Positions 22,774 to 33,199 of a DNA stretch of 49,266 nt are shown here, one piece after another; within the stretch, counting starts at the first letter, position 1, and each line of letters begins with the position of its first letter. Source of the stretch: Hydrurus foetidus (lineage: Eukaryota). The notes under the pieces were generated by a model that was not told the DNA's origin, ran no database searches, and saw nothing but the letters and a program-made list of their open reading frames with translations. The stretch lies in assembly GCA_900617105.1 (NCBI GenBank), contig UYFQ01000043.1:1-49266 (forward strand), given 5' to 3'. The translations under genes and the position numbers were made by a program.

Positions 22774-23571
22774 ATGAGTGATTCCCCCCCACCGAAGAGC
22801 GCCGACGATGAACTGGCTGGCAGCGAACAGCCGTTCGTCCAGCATTTGGTGGAGTTGCGCGACCGCCTCATCAAGGCCGCTTTGGCCATAGGTATCGCTG
22901 CGGCCTGCTTGGCACTCTTCCCTGGCCCCTCCGCGCTGTACGACATCTTGGCCGCACCGCTGATTGATCACCTGCCCAAAGGGGCCACGCTGATTGCAAC
23001 CAACGTGATTTCGCCGTTCGTCGTGCCTTTGAAAATCATGTTCATGGCCGCTTTCATGATCGCCTTGCCCGTCGTGCTTTACCAAGTCTGGGCTTTTGTG
23101 GCACCAGGTTTGTATTCGCATGAAAAGAAGCTGGTGCTGCCTTTGGTGATTTCCAGCACGCTGCTGTTTTTTGCTGGTGTTGCGTTCTCGTACTACTTTG
23201 TATTCGGCAAGGTGTTCGACTTTATCCAGACCTTTGCACCCAAGTCAATCACGGCAGCGCCTGACATTGAAGAGTATTTGAACTTTGTGATCGGCATGTT
23301 CCTGGCCTTCGGCTTGGCCTTTGAAGTGCCTGTTGCGGTGATTTTGGTGGTGCGCATGGGCTTGGTGACTGTGGCCCAGTTGCGCGAGTATCGAGGCTAT
23401 TTCTGGGTCGCCGCAGCGGTGGGTACCGCCTTGGTTACACCGCCCGATGCAAGCTCCATGATTATTTTGCTGATCGTGGTAGGGTGCTTGTATGAGGTGG
23501 GCATTTTGGCTGCTCAACTGTTTTTGAAGCACACCAAGGCACCTGAAGAACCTGCCGAAGTGTCGCAATAG
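22774..23571 (+). CDS. tatC: Twin-arginine translocase subunit TatC
   Basis: HLVELRDRL, WAFVAPGLY, FEVP, TPPD. Confidence 0.97.
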   Translation: MSDSPPPKSADDELAGSEQPFVQHLVELRDRLIKAALAIGIAAACLALFPGPSALYDILAAPLIDHLPKGATLIATNVISPFVVPLKIMFMAAFMIALPVVLYQVWAFVAPGLYSHEKKLVLPLVISSTLLFFAGVAFSYYFVFGKVFDFIQTFAPKSITAAPDIEEYLNFVIGMFLAFGLAFEVPVAVILVVRMGLVTVAQLREYRGYFWVAAAVGTALVTPPDASSMIILLIVVGCLYEVGILAAQLFLKHTKAPEEPAEVSQ

Positions 23572-23663
23572 CAAGTACCACGACACTGTATTTGTCACCA
23601 CACTGGAATTTCGGTATCACGACCATTTTCTGTCGCGATACCCGCACCCACCAAGCTATGCCA

Positions 23664-25901
23664 TCAAGCGTTCGCTGCAGCCAACGCCGCGTTGAACGTG
23701 CCGCTAGGCCGCATCACCGCTTCCGTCTTCGCCAAATCGGCCATGTAGTAGCCGCCGATGTCCACCGCTTTGCCTTGCTCAGCCTTGAGTTCAGCCACGA
23801 TCTTCACTTCGTTGTCGGCCAGCGACTTGGCCAGCGGGGTGAAGTGCGCTTGCAGTGCGGTGTCTTCCGTTTGGGCTGCCAGCGCTTGTGCCCAGTACAT
23901 CGCCAAGTAGAAATGGCTGCCACGGTTGTCGAGGTCGCCGGTGCGGGTGGAAGGGCCTTTGCCGTTGTCCAGCAGCAAGCCGGTGGCATCGTCCAGCGTT
24001 TTGGCGAGGATCTTGGCCTTGTTGTTACCCGTCTTGATGCCCAGGTCTTCCAACGATACGGCCAACGCCAAAAACTCGCCTAGCGAATCCCAGCGCAGGT
24101 GGTTTTCTTCCACCAGTTGCTTGACATGCTTGGGCGCGGAGCCGCCAGCACCTGTCTCGAACATCGCGCCACCGGCCATCAGCGGCACGATGGAAAGCAT
24201 CTTGGCGCTGGTGCCCAGTTCCATGATGGGGAACAGGTCGGTCAAGTAATCGCGCAGGATGTTGCCGGTGACGGAGATGGTGTCCTTGCCGCGAATCACG
24301 CGCTCTAGCGTGTAACGCATGGCACGCACTTGCGACATGATCTGGATGTCCAGTCCGGTCAGGTCGTACTCGGCCAAATAGGTGTTGACCTTTTTGATGA
24401 GTTCGGCTTCGTGCGGGCGGTACTCGTCGAGCCAGAAAATCGCAGGCATACCGGACAAGCGAGCGCGGTTCACCGCCAGCTTCACCCAATCGCGGATGGG
24501 GGCGTCTTTGACCTGGCACATGCGCCAAATGTCGCCTGCTTCCACGTTTTGCGTCAGCAGCACTTCGCCGGTAGTAATGTCCACAATGCGGGCCACGCCG
24601 TCTTGAGGCACCTCAAAGGTTTTGTCGTGCGAACCGTACTCCTCTGCTTTTTGCGCCATCAGGCCCACGTTGGGCACGGTGCCCATCGTGGCCGGGTTGA
24701 AGGCACCGTTGGTCTTGCAGAAATTAATCATCTCTTGGTAGATGCGGGCGAACGTACTCTCAGGCATCACGGCCTTGGTGTCTTTCGGACGGCCATCGGG
24801 GCCCCACATCTTGCCGCCTTGGCGGATCATGGCGGGCATGGACGCATCGACAATCACGTCGTTCGGTGCGTGCAAGTTGGTGATGCCTTTGGCTGAGTCC
24901 ACCATCGCGAGCTCAGGGCGGTGCTCGTGGCAGGCGTGCAGGTCGTTGACGATCTCTTCGCGCTTCGAGCTGGGCAGGGTGGCGATTTTTTCGTACACGC
25001 TGGACAAACCGTTGTTGACGTTCACACCCAGCTCATCAAAAAGCTTGGCATGTTTTTCAAAAGCGTCTTTGTAAAACACCTTCACCGCGTGGCCGAAGAC
25101 GATGGGGTGCGACACCTTCATCATCGTGGCTTTGACGTGCAGCGAGAACATCACGCGGGTTTGGCGTGCGTCTTCCATCTCGTCTTCGTAGAACTTGCAC
25201 AGCGCTTTCTTGCTCATGAACATGCTGTCGATGATTTCGGATTCCAGCAACGCGACTTTCTTTTTCAGCAAAATCGTCTCACCCGCCTTGGTGACCAAAT
25301 CCATCTTGACATCACGGGCCTTGTCCAGCGTCAGGCATTTTTCACTGGCGTAGAAATCACCACCATGCATGTGCGAGACGTGGGTGCGTGAAGCGGGGCT
25401 CCATTTGCTCATCGAGTGTGGCTTTTTGCGGGCATTGCGTTTGACGGCAGCCGGTGCGCGGCGGTCCGAGTTGCCTTCGCGCAGCACAGGGTTGACGGCG
25501 CTGCCCAAAGCCTTGGAATACTTCGCCAAAATCGCCTTTTCTGCGTCGGTTTTAGGGTCTTCAGGGAAGTTAGGGATGTTGTAACCCTTGGCTTGCAGTT
25601 CGCGGATCGCTGCCACCAATTGGGGTACAGATGCACTGATATTGGGCAGTTTGATGATGTTGGTGTCAGGGAACTGCGTGAGACGCCCCAATTCGGCCAA
25701 GTTGTCAGGCATCTGCTGTGCGGGTGTCAGGTACTCGGGGAACTCGGTCAGGATACGGGCCGCCACCGACACGTCACTGGTCACGATATCAATCCCCGCA
25801 GGGGCGGCAAAAGTGCGGATGATGGGCAGCAGCGAACAGGTGGCCAGCAAGGGCGCTTCGTCCGTGAGTGTGTAAATGATTTTGGATTTTTCGACAGCCA
25901 T
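23664..25901 (-). CDS. icd: Monomeric NADP-dependent isocitrate dehydrogenase
   Basis: [50 protein letters not shown]; ~745 aa. Confidence 0.97.
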   Translation of the reverse strand: MAVEKSKIIYTLTDEAPLLATCSLLPIIRTFAAPAGIDIVTSDVSVAARILTEFPEYLTPAQQMPDNLAELGRLTQFPDTNIIKLPNISASVPQLVAAIRELQAKGYNIPNFPEDPKTDAEKAILAKYSKALGSAVNPVLREGNSDRRAPAAVKRNARKKPHSMSKWSPASRTHVSHMHGGDFYASEKCLTLDKARDVKMDLVTKAGETILLKKKVALLESEIIDSMFMSKKALCKFYEDEMEDARQTRVMFSLHVKATMMKVSHPIVFGHAVKVFYKDAFEKHAKLFDELGVNVNNGLSSVYEKIATLPSSKREEIVNDLHACHEHRPELAMVDSAKGITNLHAPNDVIVDASMPAMIRQGGKMWGPDGRPKDTKAVMPESTFARIYQEMINFCKTNGAFNPATMGTVPNVGLMAQKAEEYGSHDKTFEVPQDGVARIVDITTGEVLLTQNVEAGDIWRMCQVKDAPIRDWVKLAVNRARLSGMPAIFWLDEYRPHEAELIKKVNTYLAEYDLTGLDIQIMSQVRAMRYTLERVIRGKDTISVTGNILRDYLTDLFPIMELGTSAKMLSIVPLMAGGAMFETGAGGSAPKHVKQLVEENHLRWDSLGEFLALAVSLEDLGIKTGNNKAKILAKTLDDATGLLLDNGKGPSTRTGDLDNRGSHFYLAMYWAQALAAQTEDTALQAHFTPLAKSLADNEVKIVAELKAEQGKAVDIGGYYMADLAKTEAVMRPSGTFNAALAAANA

Positions 25902-26129
25902 TGTGGATCCTCTTGTGCCTTTAGCGGCAGTTATAAGCAGTTGCAGCCATTGTGTGTGCCGCTCTGTGTGGTGAAACGGGGTCGCTTGCGCAGCCCCCAC
26001 TTTTTATGAAGCGCAGGGTATTTTAGGCACGTGCATCTAAACCCCATGAAGCGCAGCCCGCATAACAAGCAGCAAGTGGGCCTGCTTATCCCCCACTACA
26101 CTCCATTCTCCTTTTTCTACATGCTGCTC

Positions 26130-26735
26130 ATGGACTTATTTACCCTGCTGGCCCTCGTGGCCTTTGCTGCCTACCAGCTCAAAACGCGAGAGCAAAAACA
26201 GCGCGTGGCTTTGTTGGGATCCATTCTCAGCCAGTACCAGATTGAAAAATTGATGGAAAGCATCACCCAAGGCTACGCGCGTGCCCTGGGTGAGACGGAA
26301 CCCATCCGCCAAACCCAAGTCTGGAACCTGTTGACCACTTCGGAGGCAGCGCTTTCCGAGCAACTTAACCGCTTTGTGCTGGACTGCGACAAGGTGCCCG
26401 ACCGCCAAGCGCGGGTGAGTCGATTCGCCTTGGCGTTCCCCTTCGCCGACAAGCTGTTCCCTGCTGTGACCTTCGATCTGCGCCGCGCCATGCGCATTCA
26501 TGCGCAGGGCGTTGCTCATGCGGTTGAAAACAGCCTCCAGCTCAGCCCCAAAAGCAAAGCCTATACGCTGTCCGCCGAGTTGTTTTTGTTGCAGCACACC
26601 TGCCATTGGTTTTGCCGCTCCAAAACCGTGGCCTCCGCCCGCCTGCTGTCGCGCCACCACACCGCCTACACCCAGGTGCTGGCCGCAGTGGCCCCCGAGA
26701 CGCGCCGGGCCTACAGCGCTTTGGTGGAAGCGTAG
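26130..26735 (+). CDS. Hypothetical protein with an N-terminal membrane anchor and a QHTCHWFC motif
   Basis: Genome-like codon usage, hydrophobic N-terminus; start could also be 26121. Confidence 0.75.
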   Translation: MDLFTLLALVAFAAYQLKTREQKQRVALLGSILSQYQIEKLMESITQGYARALGETEPIRQTQVWNLLTTSEAALSEQLNRFVLDCDKVPDRQARVSRFALAFPFADKLFPAVTFDLRRAMRIHAQGVAHAVENSLQLSPKSKAYTLSAELFLLQHTCHWFCRSKTVASARLLSRHHTAYTQVLAAVAPETRRAYSALVEA

Positions 26736-26875
26736 GCGGCGCAGGGAGTGCATTTGATTTTCGCGTTGGTGGTGTCGATTTGGGTCGTTCAGGAGGTGTC
26801 TTTAGAATCACCAAGAGGGTGGTAATTGACCGCTACCTGAGCTGATTCGCCTATCAGGCCTACCAAGGGAGAAAA

Positions 26876-28903
26876 ATGTTTTCTAACAAAAAAATGGCCA
26901 ACAGCCACAGCATCACCGCTACACGTCGCCAGTTCACCGGCTTGCTTGGCGGCAGCGGTCTGTTGGCCTTAACAGGGTGTGGAGGCGGGGGGAGTGAAGC
27001 GTCTGCACCAACTCCGGCACCGGCACCAACAACTTCAGCACCAACAGCACCGCCAACTCCTGCTCCGGTAACTGATGCATCACCCATCAGTCTCTTGGCT
27101 GGTGATATCGGTGGCCCTGGCAATATCGATGGCACTGGCATTGGGGCGCGATTCGGACACATCACCGGTGTGGCTCACGACAAGGGGGGTAATCTCTATA
27201 TTTCCGACCCTAGCAACTACGCCGTACGCAAAGTTTCGGCGGCGGGCGTGGTGACGACCCTGGTGAAGGGTAGTGGCAATAGCAGCGTTCTCGGTGGCTT
27301 GACCGTTGATAGCGCAGGCAATGTCTACATCGTCTCTAGTAAATTGATTTATAAGATTAGTACAGTCGGTGTCGTGGCCCCATTGGCGCTCACTGTCAAT
27401 GGATTACCGTGGAACGCCGACTTCGTACGAGCTATCGCTATAGATAAAGCCGACAACCTCTATGTAGCAATGAATGACTCCACGGTTCGTAAGATTGACC
27501 CCGCTGGAAATGTCATCATTCTTGCGGGTCAGGAGAATGTCGCCGGTTTATCCAATGGCGTTGGTAATCGAGTCGGTTTTTCCAGTTTGGATGGCATAGC
27601 AGTTGACGGTGTTGGCAATGTGTACGTTACTGAGTTTGCACGCCACACCATCCGCAAGATTACGCCTGTTGGTGAAGTATCGACGTTTGCGGGCGATCCG
27701 CTTGGTGGATCCGGGTGGAAAGATGGGCAAGGCAGTGAGGCCCGCTTCACTATGCCCCATGGGCTTGCAGTCGATGCCGCAGATAACATCTTGGTGACCG
27801 ATGCTTCAGGTGTGATTCGCCGAATCAGTCCGTTAGGTCTGGTCAGCTCTTACGGTAAAACCCGTGGCTACTCCGGGTTTAATTCTCTTGCTGTCGACCA
27901 AGACGGTACGGCCTACGTAGGTAATATTTACATGATTACGCGGATTGATGCGATGGGGGTCGCCACACCGCTGGCCGGTTTATCCGCCTCCCTCGAGCTG
28001 AATTCCGACGGGCGAGGCGCTACCGCTCGTTTCAATCAACCAAATGACCTTGCACTGGATGCTACAGGTAATGCCTTTGTGATTGACTCAGGGTGGCGTT
28101 TGCGTAAAGTCTCCAAGGAGGGTGAAGTAACGACCTCAGATGTATGGATCCCCTCAAAACCCCTTTATGGGGTGGTCGCGGATACAGTTGGTAACGCCTA
28201 TATTGCCCAAGTCGAGTCACAGTTCAACTCTGTGCAAGGACGCTCCAGTTATGTTGGTGTCGTCTTGAAAATGGCATCTAATGGAGAGCTAACGACGCTG
28301 TGGCGTAGTGACACTGTCGAACCGAGCAGCATTGCTGTCGATGGCCTCGGAAATGTTTATGTGAGCGGCAAAGTAAATTATTCACAGCAGTCATCAGGCA
28401 CTTGGTCTTTTGCTTTGGTTAAGCTGTCGCCTACTGGATTGGAACTTTCGCGCTACGAGTACGTCGTTCTCGTCTCTGCCAGTGACTACTACGGTGAAGA
28501 TATGCCTCTTGAGGTAGATGCTCAAGGTAGTCTGTTCCTTGCATTTCGCAACCGAGTGCGCAAGTTCAGCGCATTCGGCACTTTGGTGGCGGAGTATGGC
28601 GCTGAGGGCGTGGTTGGCGCGGTCGATGGATCAGGCGTCACTGCCCGGTTCGGTAACATCAAAGGTCTCGCTTTGGATGCCGCTGGGAACCTCTTTGTGG
28701 CCGATTTCGGAAACCACGCCATTCGCAAGATCAGCCCTGATGGCAAAGTCATTACTGTGGTCGGCAGACCGGGCGCTGAAGGCATTGCCCTGGGGGACTT
28801 GCCGGGCAGTTTGTACCAACCAAGGGGCGTGGCTTTCGATGCCAATGGCACGCTGTTTGTCACCTCTGCCGGTGCGGTGTTGAAAGTCAACTTGCCCCGA
28901 TGA
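26876..28903 (+). CDS. NHL-repeat beta-propeller lipoprotein with a twin-arginine-like signal
   Basis: AAGGGAG SD; TRRQF...LALTGC lipobox; Pro/Thr/Ala linker; repeated DG.G..ARF..P.G.A.D..GN.YV.D..N..IRKI units. Confidence 0.9.
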   Translation: MFSNKKMANSHSITATRRQFTGLLGGSGLLALTGCGGGGSEASAPTPAPAPTTSAPTAPPTPAPVTDASPISLLAGDIGGPGNIDGTGIGARFGHITGVAHDKGGNLYISDPSNYAVRKVSAAGVVTTLVKGSGNSSVLGGLTVDSAGNVYIVSSKLIYKISTVGVVAPLALTVNGLPWNADFVRAIAIDKADNLYVAMNDSTVRKIDPAGNVIILAGQENVAGLSNGVGNRVGFSSLDGIAVDGVGNVYVTEFARHTIRKITPVGEVSTFAGDPLGGSGWKDGQGSEARFTMPHGLAVDAADNILVTDASGVIRRISPLGLVSSYGKTRGYSGFNSLAVDQDGTAYVGNIYMITRIDAMGVATPLAGLSASLELNSDGRGATARFNQPNDLALDATGNAFVIDSGWRLRKVSKEGEVTTSDVWIPSKPLYGVVADTVGNAYIAQVESQFNSVQGRSSYVGVVLKMASNGELTTLWRSDTVEPSSIAVDGLGNVYVSGKVNYSQQSSGTWSFALVKLSPTGLELSRYEYVVLVSASDYYGEDMPLEVDAQGSLFLAFRNRVRKFSAFGTLVAEYGAEGVVGAVDGSGVTARFGNIKGLALDAAGNLFVADFGNHAIRKISPDGKVITVVGRPGAEGIALGDLPGSLYQPRGVAFDANGTLFVTSAGAVLKVNLPR

Positions 28904-29048
28904 ATGTGATGGGCATGGCGCGACTTTGCGGTTTCGGATTTGAATACTGGCCCTTGGTGCTGGCGTAAGTCATCTGGCGCCGTCTTCTACAATCGCGCCC
29001 CTTTTGGCTTCCCTTTTTGACTTCTCATTTCCCACTTTGCACCGCACC

Positions 29049-29870
29049 ATGTCCATATCCACCCCGATTACCGTCAACGACACCCTGCTCGCCTACATCG
29101 ACCCGCTGTCCCCCGAGGAATACAACGCCCTGGAGCGCAGCATTCTGGCCGAGGGCTGCCGTGATGCGCTGGTGCTGTGGGGCGATGTGCTGGTGGACGG
29201 CCACAACCGTTACCGCATCTGCACCAAGCACGACATACCTTACACCGCCGTGCAAAACACCGCCTTCAGCTCGTTCGACGACGTGTACCTGTGGATGATT
29301 GACCAGCACCTGGGGCGGCGCAGCGTGTCTGACTACCAGCGCGGCGTGTTGGCTCTGCGCAAAAAAGACATCCTGGCCGGGCGTGAGCTGTCTGCGCAGA
29401 ACGTGGCTTCAGCGCACGGCGACAGCTCGCCCCCTTGGGATGAGGACGGGTCAACACCCGCATCTGCGCCATCGTCAGCGTCTGCATCAACCCCAGCGGC
29501 CCCCTCAGCTCCGCCCACCCGCGAAGCCCTGGCCAAATCGGCACGCCTGAGCAACGCCACCCTCAGCCAGATCGAGAAAATCCAGAAAACCGCAGCACCC
29601 GAACTCGTCGCTGCCGTGAAGTCCGGCACTATCTCGATCAACACCGCCGCCACCGTCGCCTCGTTGCCTGAAACCGAGCAGGTTGCAGCGGCGGCGGGTG
29701 GTAAAAAAGAGCTGCAACAAGCCGCCCGTCAAGTCCGCGCCGCCAAAGCCGTGGAGCGCACCGACCCAGAAACCCCCGAAGGCGTGATTGCCCGTCTGAA
29801 ACAGACCATTGCAGAGTTGACGGCAGAAAACGCAGCACTCAAAGCGCGACTGGCCAGCGCTGGCGTGTAA
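29049..29870 (+). CDS. Orphan ParB/Srx-like N-terminal domain protein
   Basis: LVDGHNRY (GxxR-type) motif, LGRRS, HTH-like segment TREALAKSARLSNATLSQIEKI, C-terminal coiled coil; TACAAT upstream. Confidence 0.8.
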   Translation: MSISTPITVNDTLLAYIDPLSPEEYNALERSILAEGCRDALVLWGDVLVDGHNRYRICTKHDIPYTAVQNTAFSSFDDVYLWMIDQHLGRRSVSDYQRGVLALRKKDILAGRELSAQNVASAHGDSSPPWDEDGSTPASAPSSASASTPAAPSAPPTREALAKSARLSNATLSQIEKIQKTAAPELVAAVKSGTISINTAATVASLPETEQVAAAAGGKKELQQAARQVRAAKAVERTDPETPEGVIARLKQTIAELTAENAALKARLASAGV

Positions 29871-29972
29871 TGGATTCGCGATAGGCCTAACCCCCCATCA
29901 ATGAGGGCGGTAAGTACCAGGTCATAGGATCTCCTTTAGCATGGAGGCTTCTCCATCCTGAAGGTTATCCAG

Positions 29973-30803
29973 ATGAATCGTTCTCGCCACCATGTGCTGC
30001 CAGCACGCGCCTCCTCACTTGCCTTTGCATTCGCCGTTGTGACCACCGTTTTGTGTGCCATGCCCACCGCATGGGCGCAGCAGTCGATGGACGCGCAAAG
30101 GCTGGAGACCCAGGAAACCCTGCGGGCTGGTGGTGCCCAATGGGGCTTGGGTATCGGCGCCGTTCTGACGCGAAAGCCCTACCGTGACTTCACCGATAAG
30201 GCGCAGGTTTTACCGCTGATCCTGTACACGAACAAATACGTCAGCGTGCTGGGCCCCGGTCTGGATGTGAACCTGCCTTCGGCTGGGCCGGTGGCGTTAC
30301 GGCTGCGCGTCCGGTATGCCAATGACGGCTACAAAGCGGGCGACTCCGCCTACCTCGCGGGCATGGAAGACCGCAAGACCAGCTTTTGGCTGGGCGGTGC
30401 CGCCATCTGGCGCAACGACATCGCCAACCTGTCAGCCGAACTCCTGGCAGACGGATCTGGCAACAGCAAGGGGACGAGGTTCAAGCTCCAGCTCGACCGT
30501 CGCTTCACTTACGGGGCGATCGGCTTCACGCCACGTGTTGCTGCGGAACAGCTGGATCAAAAGTATGTCGATTACTACTACGGCGTTCGGGCCACCGAGG
30601 TGCGAAGTGGCCGTGTACGCTATGAGGGCCAATCGGCGGTGAACATGGAAGTGGGTCTGCGCATGGACTACGCCATCGCACCCAAGCAGTCCCTGTTCGT
30701 CGATTTGAGCGGCACCAGCCTGGGCAACGGCATCAAGAACAGCCCGCTGGTCGCCCGTTCAAGTTCAAGCGCCGTGCGGGCTGGCTACATTTACCGTTTC
30801 TAA
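29973..30803 (+). CDS. MipA/OmpV family outer-membrane protein
   Basis: Signal peptide ending AWA, WGLGIG, YVDYYYGV, IKNSPLV, C-terminal YRF. Confidence 0.9.
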   Translation: MNRSRHHVLPARASSLAFAFAVVTTVLCAMPTAWAQQSMDAQRLETQETLRAGGAQWGLGIGAVLTRKPYRDFTDKAQVLPLILYTNKYVSVLGPGLDVNLPSAGPVALRLRVRYANDGYKAGDSAYLAGMEDRKTSFWLGGAAIWRNDIANLSAELLADGSGNSKGTRFKLQLDRRFTYGAIGFTPRVAAEQLDQKYVDYYYGVRATEVRSGRVRYEGQSAVNMEVGLRMDYAIAPKQSLFVDLSGTSLGNGIKNSPLVARSSSSAVRAGYIYRF

Positions 30804-30823
30804 CGATGGAGACCGCTGGAGCT

Positions 30824-31810
30824 ATGAAACCACAACGCCGTAACCTGCTGTGCGCGGGTGCTGCCATGGCGCTCACGGCGGCTTTGCCGCTGCGAGCGTT
30901 CGCAGCAGCCGCTACCAGTGTCCCCAACGTCGCCAGCGTCACTCCGCCTTTCGAGACGCTGGACATGGACTGGGCCGATGCCCGTCGCCAGCGCTCGGTG
31001 CCAGTGCGGCTGTACCTGCCACAGACCCACAAGCCTATGCCGCTGGTGGTGTTCTCGCACGGCATAGGCGGTTCGCGCCGAGGTTACAGCTGGCTGGGGC
31101 AGCACTTTGCGAACCACGGGATCGCCAGCTTGCATCTGCAACATGTGGGCAGTGACAGGCAGCTGTGGTCAGGCAACATCTTCAACCTTATGGGGCGCTT
31201 GCAGGGCGCAGCGCAAGACGGTGAAGCGATTGCCCGCGCACATGACCTGCGCTTTGCACTGGACACGCTGTTGATGGGCGATCTGGCACCGCGCATCGAT
31301 GCCAGCCGCATCATTGCCGCAGGCCACAGTTACGGGGCCAATACCACCCTGTTGGCCAGCGGGGCGCGGGTGGAGCGCGAAGGCCAAGCCATTGAACTGC
31401 GCGACGACCGCGTGCGTGCTGCCATCGTCATTTCCGCGCCGCCTTTCTATGGCGAAGCCGAGCCACGCAAAATTTTGCAAACCGTCACCGTGCCCAGCCT
31501 GCATGTCACCTGCACGGAAGACATCATCCGCATCCCCGGCTACTACAGCGGTGCCGAAGACCGCGTGGCGGTATTTGATGCCACTGGCAGTACACGCAAG
31601 TGGTTGGCCGTGTACGAAGGCGGCTCGCACAGCATGTTCACCGACCGCAGCAACACCGGCGGGGCGCTCAACCTCCAGGCAAAAGAGGCCACACGGGATT
31701 TGGTGCTGGCCTTTGTCAGCACCGTGCTGGGGGGCGACGGGCATGGTCTGGCTCACTGGCCTCAGCGCCACGCGGCCATCTTGGCGCGGTTTTCGGTGGT
31801 GGGTGCGTGA
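30824..31810 (+). CDS. Exported alpha/beta hydrolase (dienelactone/PAF-acetylhydrolase-like) with a Tat-type signal
   Basis: QRRNLL signal, VFSHGIGG, GHSYG nucleophile elbow, GGSH; start 30824 has a GGAG SD (alternative 30806). Confidence 0.88.
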   Translation: MKPQRRNLLCAGAAMALTAALPLRAFAAAATSVPNVASVTPPFETLDMDWADARRQRSVPVRLYLPQTHKPMPLVVFSHGIGGSRRGYSWLGQHFANHGIASLHLQHVGSDRQLWSGNIFNLMGRLQGAAQDGEAIARAHDLRFALDTLLMGDLAPRIDASRIIAAGHSYGANTTLLASGARVEREGQAIELRDDRVRAAIVISAPPFYGEAEPRKILQTVTVPSLHVTCTEDIIRIPGYYSGAEDRVAVFDATGSTRKWLAVYEGGSHSMFTDRSNTGGALNLQAKEATRDLVLAFVSTVLGGDGHGLAHWPQRHAAILARFSVVGA

Positions 31811-31820
31811 CTTTGTGGCA

Positions 31821-32978
31821 TCAAACCGGGTACGACCCCGGCAGCAAAATCGACTTGTCCACAGTGCGCATCTGCGTGTGGCCGCAAAAGGCCATTGAGA
31901 TGTCCAGCTCTTTGTGGATGATTTCCAGCGCCTTTGTGACCCCTGCTTCGCCCATTGCGCCCAGCCCGTACAGCATCGCGCGGCCAATGTAGGTGCCCTT
32001 GGCTCCCAGCGCGATGGCTTTGAGCACGTCTTGCCCAGAGCGGATGCCGCTGTCCAGATGCACCTCGATTTGTGAGCCCACCGCCGCCACGATGGAGGGC
32101 AGGGCGCGGATGGACGATTCCGCGCCGTCCAGTTGCCGCCCGCCGTGGTTGCTGACGATGAGCGCATCGGCCCCTGAGGCCACCGCGAGCCGGGCGTCTT
32201 CCGCGTCGATGATGCCTTTGATGATGAGTTTGCCCGCCCAGCGCTTTTTGATCCATTCCACATCCGCCCACGAGAGGCGTGGGTCAAACTGCTTGGCCGT
32301 CCATTCGCTCAAACTGCCCATGTTTCCCACTCCCTTCACATGGCCCACGATGTTGCCAAAGCCGTGGCGTTTCGTGCCCAACATGCCCAGGCACCAACGG
32401 GGCTTGGTCATCATGTTGAGGATGTTGGCGATGGTCAGTTTGGGGGGCGCAGAGAGGCCGTTTTTCAGGTCTTTGTGGCGTTGGCCCAGCACCTGCAAAT
32501 CCAGTGTCAACACCAGCGCGGAGCAGTTGGCGGCTTTGGCGCGGTCAATCAGGCGTTCGATGAAGTCACGGTCGCGCATCACGTAGAGCTGGAACCAAAA
32601 CGGGTGGCGGTCCGTGGCGGCGGCAATGTCTTCGATCGAGCAAATGCTCATCGTCGAAAGCGTGAACGGCACGCCGAATTTTTTGGCCGCACGCGCCGCC
32701 AAAATTTCACCGTCTGCGTGCTGCATCCCCGTCAACCCAGTGGGGGCGATGGCGACGGGCATGGCGACGGGCTGGCCGATCATCTCGCTGGCGGTGCTGC
32801 GGCCTTCCATGTTGACGGCCACGCGCTGGCGGAATTTGATAGGCGCGAAATCAGCGGTGTTGGCGCGGTAGGTGCTCTCTGTCCAGCTGCCTGAATCGGC
32901 GTAGTCGTAGAACATACGGGGGACGCGCTTTTCGGCGAGGATGCGCAGGTCTTCAATGTTGGTGATAACTTGGGGCAC
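31821..32978 (-). CDS. lldD: FMN-dependent alpha-hydroxy acid oxidase / L-lactate dehydrogenase
   Basis: FYDY, APTGLTG, WFQLY, SNHGGRQLD, DSGIRSG; GTG start at 32978 with AGGAG SD. Confidence 0.9.
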   Translation of the reverse strand: MPQVITNIEDLRILAEKRVPRMFYDYADSGSWTESTYRANTADFAPIKFRQRVAVNMEGRSTASEMIGQPVAMPVAIAPTGLTGMQHADGEILAARAAKKFGVPFTLSTMSICSIEDIAAATDRHPFWFQLYVMRDRDFIERLIDRAKAANCSALVLTLDLQVLGQRHKDLKNGLSAPPKLTIANILNMMTKPRWCLGMLGTKRHGFGNIVGHVKGVGNMGSLSEWTAKQFDPRLSWADVEWIKKRWAGKLIIKGIIDAEDARLAVASGADALIVSNHGGRQLDGAESSIRALPSIVAAVGSQIEVHLDSGIRSGQDVLKAIALGAKGTYIGRAMLYGLGAMGEAGVTKALEIIHKELDISMAFCGHTQMRTVDKSILLPGSYPV

Positions 32979-33199
32979 GGGGCGGGTCTCCTGGAAGAAA
33001 GAGGTTAGGGCTTGCTGTAGTGGATTGTGCGGGCTTGGCGCGTTTTTGCACTTGAAATGTGCATGGGGGCGATTGAAAATCTGTTGCCCGAGGCCATTCA
33101 CGGAGCTGACCACGTTGCCAGCTGCCGCCAACTCAGCAAGAATTGTCACGAGGTGCCGCCTACAGTGAAGCCTTGTTCCACACTTCAAAGCTGCTCACC

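Noticed and set aside
23572..23663. Possible bipartite-motif copy or terminator between tatC and icd
   Set aside because: Only an ATAGC half-site; spacing and stem are not convincing
27000..27075. Short tandem repeats in the NHL genes (also 40085-40165)
   Set aside because: They encode Pro/Thr/Ala linkers and are not a DNA-level array
29049..29870. ParB-like gene as evidence of a plasmid or prophage
   Set aside because: No parA, rep, integrase or phage genes nearby; composition matches the chromosome
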